Below are positions 39,853 to 52,460 of a stretch of 64,000 bases of DNA, piece by piece. How positions within the stretch are numbered: position 1 is the first letter of the stretch; every line of letters starts with the position of its first letter. This stretch comes from Geosiphon pyriformis uo1 (lineage: Eukaryota; Fungi; Glomeromycota), in the NCBI GenBank assembly GCA_016748015.1, contig JAAOMT010000607.1, positions 682,001 to 746,000 on the forward strand, in the 5' to 3' direction. A program made the position numbers and the translations under genes. Below the pieces are notes generated by a model. The model saw only the letters and a list, made by a program, of their open reading frames with translations, was not told where the DNA came from and searched no databases.

Positions 39853-42800
39853 ATATATATTTTTACAAAAAATATAAATTAATATTTTTATTATAAAATT
39901 TTCAATAAAAATTTATATTATAATATAATTAATATATATAAATAACAATAATTAATTTTTTAATATAATAACAATTTAAAACATATCTTAAAAAATATTT
40001 ATACAAATCTTGAAATATAATTGCTAAATTGTATTTTGTTTTAGTTATTATATTATTTAAATCTTAATTTAATTAAAAATATTTGGATTATTCTTAAATA
40101 AAATATATAAAAAAAAATCAAAACCAATAATAATATATAAAAAAATAGTTTTTAAGTAATTTTTATTATGATAAGAGAAAAAAAATAGAATAATTTGTTT
40201 AATAAAACTATTTTTAATTGTATTATAAAATAATTTGCTCTTTAAAAAAATTTAAAATAATTTTTAGTAAATATTTAATTAATAAATATGATTAAGTATT
40301 TAAATAAAAAACTTTTTACAAATAAAAATATTAAATCTAAAAAATTTTATGCTTTGTTAATTTATTATTACTGATTTTATTTAAAATAAAAATTTATAAA
40401 TAATTGTTTTATTTTCTAAACATAATTTTGGTTATCAAAATATTCTTAATTTGTATAATCTACTTATAATTAAAAAATATTTAATAAAAACTAAACTGTT
40501 TATTATTAATATTTTTATAAATAGTTTATTAAAAAAACTATTAGTTTTTAAAAATGTTTAGTATTTTATTTATAATATTTTCAGTTAATTTGTTATGTTT
40601 GTTAAAAAATTAGGTTTAATTATAATACTATTAATAAAATATAATTAAAAATATTGATTAGATTTAAATATTTTTAATATAATATCTTAATTTATATATG
40701 ATTTTTGAATTTATATATAAATTTACAGCTGATTTATATTTTTATTTTATAAAAACTTTGTATTATTATTTGTTTATTGTAATTTAAAAATATTTACATA
40801 ACAAAAAATATTTTAAAATTTGGTATTTTTATTATAGTAAAATTAAGTTTTTAGATTATGTATTTATATATAAAATAAATATTAATATTTATAAAAGTTT
40901 GTTGAATTTATTTATTATTTAATAAAAGTTTTATTAAAAATATATATTCTATTATTATATATATTACAAATATTATTTTTTTTTATATTTAATAATACAA
41001 TATATATTATTATTATTAGAAATTTTTTTACTTTTTTTTAGTGTTATTAATACTATTTTATTGTTAATTTTTTTGCTAATAGAAGCTAATAAACTTTTAA
41101 TAAGCTAATTTATTTTTTAAAATATTTTTTTATATTTTTAACTATATATATTATTAAACTTATAATAAAATAGCCAATTTTATGTTAATTATTTTGTATA
41201 GTTACTTTGTAATAAAAGTCAATTTTTTTACAGAAAAATTTTATTTGTAAGTTTTTTAAATATGTGTAATTATTTTGTTGTAAAAGTTAATTTTTTTACA
41301 AAAAATCTTAACTATAGACTATTTAATAATAATAAAAATAAACTAAAAAAATAAATAAATGTGTTTTACAGAAATTGTTTCGAATTCAGATTTAATAATT
41401 ACTAAAATTAGTAACTAATTAATTTCAAAAAATTAGTTTAAAATAGATAATTTTAAAGTAATAATAATTAAAAATTTTGAGTTTTCAAAATAATTTTTTA
41501 TAGTAATTAAATAATTAATATTAAATTAATTTTAATTTTAAAGAAAAAAGCTCTTTTTAATATAATTTAGCAATTTTTTTAATATTTTAATAAATTAAAG
41601 ATATATTTTGTTAAACTACAAGTTATTTTTGTAAACTATAAATTATTTTAGTAAACTATTAAATAGTTTGTTAAATTTATAAATAGTTTGTTAAATTTAT
41701 AAATATTTTAACAAATTTTGAATATTATATAATTTAATATATTATATAATTTAATTATTACAATTTAGTTATTTTTGTATTTTATACAAATTAGATTATT
41801 AATTAAATAATAATTCAAGTAATTTAATAAAATAGTAAATAATAATTTGAAATAATAATTTATGTTAATTAATAATAAAAATTATAAAAATAATTTTATA
41901 TTAGTTAATATCTCAAATTTTTATTAATAATATTGTTTTATATTAAAATATTGTCTTTAAAAATTAATATAATAGTTTTGTTTATTTTTAGTAATATTAA
42001 AGATATTAATAATAAAATATAATTAGTTAGATTTAAATATAGAATAATTATAGAAAAAAATAATTTGGTATTATATAATAAATTTGTATTTTCAATAATT
42101 AGTGTTTTGTTATTTTTGTTTTTAAATAGTATAATAAAAATGCTTAATATATAATACAGTTAAATTTTTATAAAAAAACACAATTAGAACATATAAATTA
42201 TGTTTTATTATAAAGATGTTTTATTATAATTATTATCAAATAAACTATATTTATTTATTAAATTAATCAATTATTATTATTATTATTATTATTAAAATAT
42301 TAATTAATTATTATCTGTTTTTTATAATATTTTTTATTTTTTATATTTATATAATTTTATTTTGGTTTTTTATACTAAAATTTTTTTTTGTTAATTGCTC
42401 TTTAAATTTAATTATTTTTTTTAATATTTTATATATTTCTGTAATTATAATTATAGCAAATAGAAAATTTTTTAATTTTTCTTTTGAGTCATTAATTATA
42501 TTGGTTTTAATTTAAACATCAATTAAAATTATATTTACAATTTTATTATTATTAAAAATATTTTTAATTGCTAATAATTCATTAACTATAATAATATAAT
42601 TTAAAATTTTTGATTAATTGTTGTGTATTTAATGGTAAATTGCTAAATATATCTATAGTAATTAATATTTTAGATATTTGAATTTCTAATTTTTAATTAT
42701 AAAAAAAAATATTTGTTTTTTGTCAACAGTTTTAAATTATAATAAGTAATACTTAAAATCATGATTAAACAACATAATTAATTATTTGTTTTATGTTTAA

Positions 42801-43858
42801 TTTATTTCTAAAAAATAAATTAATATTAGATAAAATTATATAATATATAATAATAATAATATTGTATATATTATATTACTTAACTGTTCAATATTAATTT
42901 TTTATTTAAATTAATATAAAATATATTAACAATATAAGTATTTATATTTGCTTTTAAAAGATTTAATAGTGTCAATATTTATTAATTAAAAATATAATGT
43001 AGTATTTAAAAAAAAATAATACAAAATAATATTAGTTAATTGAAATAAATTTTTTTTGATTTGAATATAATAAGAAGTTATATTATTAATCAAAAATAAT
43101 ATATGTTAATTTTAAATTTAAAAAACTTTATTTATATATTTGAGTCATGCTTTTCATATATCTAAATGTATCTATATTTTGAAATTAAATTTGTAAATCA
43201 CAGATAGATTGGAAATATTAATTCTTTTAAAGCATTTTAGATTTTTTGTAAGTCTAATTATTAAAAGTTATAATTTGTAAAATCTAATTAAATTTGTAGC
43301 AAAAAAAATTGTAATTTGAGATTTATTTTATAAAAAATTTAATTAATTTAATATAACAATAATATATAATAATAATAATTGGTAAATATAATATATTAAA
43401 TTTTTTTCTGTATTTTAACATTTTACAAGTGTTTAATTTAGTCTTATATAAAAAATAATTCTGTTTTATTAGCATTATATATGTTAGCAGAATCAAATTT
43501 AAATATAATGGTTTTTAATTTTCTTTATTTTTTTAGTAAACTTTTAGTTGATACACTTTTTGTTGTTATAGTTTAAAAATTTAGCAAAAGAATCATAAAT
43601 TATCTAATCATAATATAGCACAGCAATAATTTTAGAAAGGTAATAATTAACATAATAACAAGCACTATTTTATAATAATAATAAATACCAGTTTGCAATA
43701 ATAATCAACACCAACTGATACAGAGAGTGTCCAAAAGTTTCCGAACAAGATTTTATTTAACAATAATATTTATTTTTTTATAAAATAAAACAAAATAAAC
43801 AACATATTTATAATTTATAGTAATTTTCTAAATTTTTCCATTAAGTGTTACTAAACGT

Positions 43859-44062
43859 TTAAGTCAGCGATATTTTTGGTGAGTAAACAAACGTGGACCT
43901 TGAATCAATTGAACCAGTTTCTTTAAATCGTTTTATTGTATCCGAAACTGTTGTCAAGCTGCAATTGACTATGTTGGCAATATCACGATATTTCTTGCCA
44001 TGCTGTTGTAATAAGCATATAGTATTACGTTGAGCAATCCTTAATTCTTTTTTTGCTCCCAT
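43859..44062 (-). pseudogene. Truncated Tc1-family transposase (N-terminal paired-like HTH only, 67 aa)
   Basis: MGAKKELRIAQRNTICLLQQHGKKYRDIANIVNCSLTTVSDTIKRFKETGS has the typical Tc1 N-terminal HTH pattern. No DDE domain. Confidence 0.85.
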
Positions 44063-44096
44063 TTCGTTTTAATAAAAACGACGAAAAAATTTTATA

Positions 44097-44201
44097 TGCG
44101 CGTTACATTTCATTTTTATAAAAAAACGAGTATGAATAAAATCGATTATGCGCGTCGCGAAAAAACATTATACACGCGTGTTTAAAAAATAAAAAACGCG
44201 T
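44097..44201. promoter_or_regulatory. Cluster of five CGCG motifs (two ACGCGT, one CGCGAAA) upstream of the transposase ATG
   Basis: CGCG at 44099, 44151, 44156, 44175 and 44197 in AT-rich DNA. A regulatory role is inferred from similarity to MCB/SCB/E2F-type sites. Confidence 0.4.
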
Positions 44202-45246
44202 AATTAAATAATTAACTAACTTAATTTAGTAATAAACTCGTGCTTTTCTAATTATTCAAGCATGTGGAATGTTACTCCAAAGTTTGTTCGGAAACTTTTG
44301 GACACCCTCTGTAATAGCAATAAACACCGGGTTGAAATATCAAAAAGAAAGTATTACAATGTGTTTTCTTATAGAACTATAAACATATATATATAATAGC
44401 TTTAATATTAAGAAAAACAACAAGTTATAAAACAATTCATCCAACAATTCTACTTTAATTATCTTTTAGTTTTATTTTTAAAATAAATATTCACAAAAAT
44501 TTTTAATAAAAAAAAACCATTAAAACTGAATTATTACAATCCAAAATATTAAAAAACCTACTTGTATTATTTATTAAATAAAACTATTATTCATCAGCTA
44601 AATTTCTTAAAAAAATAATCCTTAATCAAAATTATTCATATTATTATTAATTAATAAAAGCTTTATTGTGAAAATTAGAAAAAGTGCTAAAAACCATTAA
44701 CATTTTGTGTTTTTATATTAAAAAAACACATTAAGCAATTGCAAAAATAGTCTTAAAAAAGACTTTAAACAGCAAATGGATTTTAGTTTAGTCTTTAAAA
44801 AAAAAAATATAAACATATACACAATAATTAAGAATTGAAAAATAATTTATATTGTAATATAAGAAAAAGTCTTTAGTATAATAGTAATATTATTATACAA
44901 ATAAAATTAAAGAATTCATAAAAGACTAATTACAATTAAAACAAAATAGTAACAATTAAAATAACCAAGAAAATTATTTTATAATACTGTTTTATCATAA
45001 AATCAGTAAATATGTAATTGGTTTTATTTTTTAAATTTTTAAACTTATTTATTTGAAAATTGTATTTATTTTTATGTATATTAAGAAGTTTGGCAAATTT
45101 TTTTCATTTTTTTTTAATTAGTTAATCGTTAAATTTAATAGTAACTACAATTATTTGTTTTACTTAATAGCTTAAAACTTAGAAATTTAATGTTCTTGTG
45201 TCAAATAAATTTTTTTAAGATTTTATTAATTTTAATATTTAATTAT

Positions 45247-45620
45247 TGTTACTCAATAGAAATTAACAAAAATTAAAAATAATAATATAAATAGCATAGA
45301 TTAATGAATAAAATTAAAAAATGTAATATATACATAATAGTATGCAAAATATGCACAAATATGCTTAATTTAATATAATTACAAACAAATAAACCAAGAA
45401 GCACTTACAGTCAAATAAAAAATCCAATATTTTAGCAATTATTCATTAATTAATTAGAATATATATGATTATATATAATTCAAAGTATATATATATAATA
45501 GCTTTTTAACTAAAAAAAACAAACAAAAAGAAAAAATAATAAAGAATAAGAAGTCAATTAGATAAAATAAAACAAAAAAAAAAAAAATTTAGATTATAAT
45601 TTTAAAAAAAATTAGAAAGT
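45247..45620 (+). repeat. Possible further degenerate LTR related to the Gypsy element 1 LTR (right boundary uncertain)
   Basis: Starts TGTTACTCAATAGAAATTA versus TGTTACTCATAGAAATTA at 8738 (minus). TATA-like 'tatatatatataatagc' at ~45486. Confidence 0.4.
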
Positions 45621-47554
45621 GTGCTTTTTAAGCTTTGTATTATAATATTTACTAATATTAAGATCAGTAAAATTGGAAATTTTCTATTTTTATAATCTAG
45701 TTCTTTATAAATAACCAAAAAAATTACTACTTTTTTTTATCATTGTCTTTTTATTAATGAAAAACAATAGTAAAAATATCTAATACACCAACAAAAACAT
45801 GAATAAAATCCAAGTTTAACAAGATTAAAAACATATTAAAAGAATATTAAATACATAAAATTATCTAAAAACTATTCATAATAATATCTTGGCCAAAATT
45901 AACAGTTAACTTAAAAATCTAAAATAAGCTTTCTATCTTTTTGGAAAATAATTTTTGATCAAAATTATTTTACAAATACAAATTTTGTTGAATTCTATTT
46001 TTTATTTTTAATTCTTTTTGAATTTATTAGAAATAATATACCACTTTATTATAAGCAAAAAAATACAAACATTTAATATTAGTGCAAAATAAAAAAAGTA
46101 TTTCTATAAGAGTCTTAAAGAAAAACACAATCAAAAATATAAAAATATAACAGAAATTTTTCTTAAAGAATTAGCATAACAGTAACTATTAACAGCAATT
46201 TTAATAGAAATATTATATAATACATTAAATCCAATAACAAAGACACTTATCAAAAAAAATTATTTAATATCTGCTAAAAAGTTAAGAAAAACTTATCAAA
46301 CTAATTTTCAGATTCTTAAATAAAAAAATAGTAATAATATATTAAATAAAAATTCAGTATAAATCAAAAATAATGCTAATTAAGACTAATATATTTATTT
46401 CTATGTCAAAATTAAATAATTTTTTATATTATTGCTTGATATAAAAAACCATAAAAATTAATTATAATATAACTACTAAAAAAAAAAAAATTTATAATAT
46501 TATTTTTGATTATTTTGAAAACAATTAAATAAAAAATATAAAGTTCTAAATATTTATAATTAAAATAAGCTACAATATTATTATGTTTTATATTATAGTA
46601 ATTTTTGGAATATTAATAATTTTTTTTATAAAAAACATTATTAATTGTTGTTTATTTTTGTTTTTAAATAAAAATTTTAATATTATAATAATTTAGCAAA
46701 TCTGTTAAAGAATGTATCTATAATAATAATATTAGATTTGTTTTTAAAAAAGTTAAATTAAAATACAATAAGGATTAAATAGCTATATATAAAAACAAAC
46801 AAGATCAAAAAAAGTAAGTTTAATATAAATTAATTTAAAAAAAAGTTTGATAAAAGTAATTTAAAAATCAATTTTGTAATTTCTGAAATAATACTTCTTA
46901 GTATATTAATAGTTTTTATAGTATTTATATAAAAATTTACTATATATTTTTAGAAAATAATACAAAAGACAGCTTTATAAGCAAATAAGAATATAATAAT
47001 TATAGTATTAGAAAATATAAAATGTTTTTTTCAAATACAATATTATGTATTAAGTTTTGCATAAAATAAATAATCTGTTAATTTAAAAGATATAATAATA
47101 AAAATATTATAATTATATTATATAAGAATCTTTGATTTTTTTAATAAATCTTCAATATTTTTTATATAAAAATAAAACTTTTTAATTCTATATTTAAAAT
47201 TCAAAAATAAAGATTTATTATATATTATATTTATAATATTTGTCTGAATTTTTTAAACATATTTTTTTTAATTTACATATTATTCAAAATATATTCTTAA
47301 ATTTTACCATTATATTAAACTCTTTTATAACAAATTAATTTATCAGATTTTGTAATAGTTTAAGTAAATTCATAAGAGTTTATAGTTTATATATAAGAAT
47401 TTAATTATATATAAAAATATGTTTCATGATTTATTATAGCAATTTTTTTATTTTAAATATATAATTTATTTTTTATTCTTATTTTTTTTTATTTAATTTA
47501 TATATTAACTATGATAAATAAATTGATTATTAATTAATATAATTTTAATTACAC

Positions 47555-49740
47555 TATTTTAAAGCAGAAAGCTTTGTCAAATAAACAATTTTTCTATTTG
47601 GTTTTAGTTATTTTATAGCTTATTGTTAGTTACCAGATGCAGTTTTGCTTTGTTTTTATAAGTATATACCAGAAATGAGATGTTTTAATAAAAAAAGACT
47701 TAAGTTTAAAGCCAATTTACTTAAAAATTTTCTTAATAAGACTTTGTATCACTTATTTCTTTATAAATTAAAGATATTTGAATAATTATAAGCAAAAAAC
47801 AAGATTGTTTTACTAATTGCATTCTTTAATGCATCTAGAATTCTTGATTGGTTGTTTGAGTATTATTTTTTGAACTTACAAGTTTTAGAATAGGCTTCAA
47901 TAAATCCTTTGTGACATTTTATTAAATTGAGAATCAGTTCTGCAAATAACTTTCTAAATAATAAAATCTTTTTGACTAACTGTTTGTCTAGTATATTTTA
48001 TGGTTCTGGTCATTTTTCAATGTCAAAAATCTTAGATAATTCTTTTTATTTCAATGTGGTTGTTTTTTAAAATGCTTTGATGTTGTCTTTGATAACAAAT
48101 TGTTAAATAAGCATAAGTTAATTATAAATTGAAAGACTTTTTAATATTAAAAAAAACTGAATCCTAGAGATTTAGTACTATTGTGATTTATAAAAGCTTT
48201 AAGTTATATAAATAAACTTTTTATTATTTCTAATGAGATGGTGTTAGCTTCTGGTTGCTTGGACTTCTTTTTTTTAAGTAAATTTTCAAATATTCAAGAG
48301 TGTTTACATAATTTATGAGCAAAAAATTTTAATATATACATAGATAGTTCTTTAAAACAGTTGGGTATATTAGAAATTGCTGGTAAGACAGTAGTTTATT
48401 TTTTAGATGTTGAGATGACCATAAGTGTTAAAATACATAGGCTGTTGTTTTCTATGATAACTAAACTTTAGATAGTTGCTTTGGCATTGGAGTGTGTTTT
48501 TTTGTTTTGTTTAGTTGTTATATATATGAACAATAAAACAACTTTAAATGTATGTACTTTGAAACTTATACTTTGTCAGCTAAACTTTAGAAACAAATGC
48601 TGAATGAAAAGGTGTTATATTGTTAATTTAATAAGATTTAAAAATATTTTAGTCAGGTGAGTGAAAGTCAAAAATTATTTAGGAGATATTAATAATAATA
48701 GAGTTAATATTCTTACATATAAAGCAGTATGTTCTGGTTTTTTTTTTTTAAAGAGATACATAAGAGATTTATCATAACTGATAGAAAGATTATGTCAGAA
48801 AATACTTGTCATTTTGTTTGGAACATTTATTAATCTGTTTGTTATGCTCAGTAAGAAATTGGTTCTGATATTGGAATTATTAGTAAATCTTTAATTAAGA
48901 ATATAAATTAAAATGGTACTGCTATAATATAATATTCAGATTTTCATATGCTATTAGGATTTATAAGTAAGACTTTGATTGTTTTTCATACATATTTAAT
49001 AAAAACAGTTCATAAAAGACTGCCAACAGCTGTAAAAAAAAAACTTTATAACAGAAATTATCCAAATATACTGTATTTATTATGTAACAATATTAAATTA
49101 TTAAATCATGTTTTTATTTATTTAAAGAAGACTAATATGTATTCTAAAATATTACTAAATTATATAAATTTTTGAAAATCTTTGACAAAAAGTTATTTTC
49201 TATCTTTTTTTGTAGTATTAAATACACTCTTTTCTGGAAATTTGGATGTTAGCATTTATATTGTTTTGTATAAAAATTTTGTTTTCAAAGATTGAGTTGA
49301 TAAAACAGCTTTAATTTTTGATAATAAAAAAAAGATGGTGTTAACAATTATTGATTTTGTTTAGAGTTTGGCCAAAAAACATTGAAATGATTTGTGATTG
49401 TCTAGAACAAAATTTAAGATAAACATGAAAAAAATGGCCTGGTTAAAAATGTTGAATTGGTTCTTGTGACTTCATGTAGTGTGTCAAGTTTTTTGTTTAT
49501 AAAGGTTGTTTAGTTGTTAAGTGTTTTTGAATTTTTTGTTGTTGGTTTTGGTTTATATAAAGTGTGTACTTTTTTTTAAGTATTGATAATGATACAAGAG
49601 TTTATATAAATATATAGTATTGCCTTAATTGGTTTAAGTGATTGATTATATGTAGCAAGTATATAAATTACATTTAATTAAATTTATCTATTTGTTTCTG
49701 TAAATTAGATAATAATTGGACCATACTTGTTAATAAAAAA
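47555..49740 (+). mobile_element. 5'-truncated, extremely degenerate LINE (copy F): post-RT region, RNase H, tail
   Basis: Reads 'KALSNKQFFYLV' at ~47573. ORF 48948-49175 'YLIKTVHKRLPTAVKKKLY' matches the ORF2 C-terminus. Decayed tail at 49616-49740. Confidence 0.85.
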
Positions 49741-52460
49741 ATATAAATTTTAAAGCTTTAATTAGATTATAATAGTTAAATAGTTTGTTTAATAAAGCTT
49801 TAAAAATATTGTCTTATGTTTATAAATAATATAATCTTTAATTTGTTTTATTATAGGCATAAAAAAATATAAAAACATAAAACAATAGTTTATTTTACTA
49901 TAATTACAGTTTTTTATCAAGAGCTTTTTTATAATTAAAATATTAAATAAGTATTCTTTATATTATAAAACATTTTTTTTTAAAAAAATCTTAATATTAT
50001 TATAGTAGTAAAGTTTTAACTTTATAAATTAAACATTAAAAAAATACACAAAATAATTTTTTTTTTATTTTATTTCAATAGATTTAATAATAATTTTTGA
50101 TTTAGTTCTTTGGTTTTTTTTAAAAACAAATTAGAAGATATTATTTTTTTACAATTTATTAAATTGCTTGTAATATTTACAATTCAATTTTAATAATAAT
50201 TAAATTGCTACTAAAAAAATCTGTTAAATATTATTTCAATTGTTTAATACTTATTGTTAATAATATAAGTTAAGCAAATAAAATTTTTTTGATATTATTA
50301 AAAAACAGCCAAAATATGTAACAAATTTACAGAAAGTAATTCAATAAAAAAAAATGCCAAATTTTTTTCAAAATTATTATTTATGACAATAAAAAACAGC
50401 TTATTAAAAAATAAGTATATTCAAAATATTAGTTATTAACTAATATAAAAATTGGAATAATATAATTAACTATTAAAGATTATTCTTTAATATTAAGTAA
50501 TTTTTTGTTAATTATAATGTTAATAAACATAATAATACTGTTTTACAGAATTAATAACTCTTTTTATGCAGATAATAAATATATTTAAATATAATTTGTC
50601 TGTTTGTACAATTAATTTTAAATAGTAAGTATAAATTTATATTTAATTAAAAATTAAAATTTATTAAAAACTATTTTATTCTTTTTTTTAATCTATTATT
50701 TAGTCTTAATAAGTTAATTTAATATAAAAAAACGAATTAATATTTAATAATATTGATAAATTATTAAAATAATTAATAGTAAGTGCTTTTTTTAATTAAA
50801 ATTATATATAATTTTTTTTACTAATAACAATTTTTATACTTAAAAAACTTATTTACTAATTATTATATGAATTTTTTTAAATTAAAAATAATTTAAATCC
50901 ATATAAAAAAATTTCAGTAAGAAGATTAAAATACAAATTAAAACTATATAGTTTTGTTTATATTAAATAATAAATAAAAAATAAAAAAAAATTAAGAATA
51001 TTATAATTTTTATAATATAAAAAATTTATTTTATGTTTAATATTCAATTAAATTATTAATAAATAAAACTTTGTAATAAGTGTCCAATCTTTTTTTTATA
51101 TTTAACTAGTTATAAATAATACATGAATATAAAAAAATTATCAAAATATCTATAATTATATTATATATTTTTTAATATATAATTTATTAAATTATTTAAA
51201 GACAAAAGTTTTTGCAGTTTATATATATTTTATTGTTTCTGAAATAGACATCTAAAATTAATATAATAATCATGATGTTTTATTATCTGCAAAAAGTAAA
51301 AAAATATTATTATTTTATAAATTATTATTATAATCATAAATATATATTTTAAATATATTATTGTTTTTATTTTTTTATCATTTAATACTCGTTTTTTCTA
51401 TATTAAACCACTCAAAAACTTTTTCAGTTCTAAAATATAAATTATTAATTATCAACTTTTTTAACAAAACTCCAAAATTTTATTATAAAAACAACAAAAA
51501 TAATATCTTTTATATTTTTTTTAGAGTATTTCTTTGATTTATGTATTAATGTTTATAAATATGTGTTTATGTTTCTAATATGTCTTAGCATTAATGTAAA
51601 CCAAATACATAGATTAATAATTTGGTTAACAAAATAAAAGTTGAATATTAAAAATAAGCTGGTAAATAATGAGCAATTGGTTGTTAAAATATGTAAAAAT
51701 TTATTATTATTATTAAATTTAAATTAAAACAATTATATATGCCATTTAAAATAATTAAAAAATACTAATTAAATAAATTATAAAGTTATAGATTTAGAAA
51801 AAAAACCTATTAAATATAACAAAATTATTAATAGTTTGTTTAATTTAAGATTTTAAGTTTATAGTAAAATAAAAAGATAGAAAATTTTAAAGTTGTATAT
51901 AAAAATAAGCAATAATATTATTAAATTATTAAAAAAATACTATTAAATATAAGAGATATATATAAGATAATAGCAATAATAATTATTAATAATAAAAACA
52001 AAAGGATATATAATAATTTATAATATATATATTAATATTTATTAATTAAAAAAAACACTATTAAATGTAAAAAAATTAAAAAATAATATTTAAAAATTAT
52101 AATACTAATAATTTACTAGTTATATTTTTTGTAATTATGATTTTTATTTATTTTTTGGTTTTTTTTGCATTATTATATGCAAAAAAAATGTATTTTAAAA
52201 ATTTATACTTACTTGAATAAATATTTTTATTAAAAATAATATTAAATTGATACAATTTTTGATTTATAGAGTTTGAAGTATTTTAAATAAACCAAACTAA
52301 TTAATAAATAATTAGATTTTTTTTCATTTAATTAAGTTTAATATTTTGTTAAAGCTTGTTTTTAAAAGTTTTTAATATATAAATTACTATTTAATACAGT
52401 ATATTTTATTAATTGTTATTTTATTTTATTTTATTCAAACCAAATATTTTATTAGTTCAT

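Larger units (their letters stand above)
43721..44311 (-). mobile_element. Tc1/mariner internal-deletion derivative (591 bp)
   Basis: 28-bp TIRs CAGAG(A/G)GTGTCCAAAAGTTTCCGAACAA with 1 mismatch, TA on both sides, and a truncated transposase HTH. The empty site is visible in solo LTR 1. Confidence 0.95.
43564..44986. repeat. Solo LTR 2 (830 bp once the Tc1 insertion and duplicated TA are removed)
   Basis: Starts TGTTATA and ends TATAATA. Collinear with 39023-39852. Flanked by TTGT/CTGT (a 4-bp TSD with one C/T difference). Confidence 0.75.

Noticed and set aside
39023-44986. One full LTR retrotransposon with paired LTRs
   Set aside because: Each repeat has its own 4-bp flanking duplication, the outer flanks do not match each other, and no coding remnants are recognisable between them.
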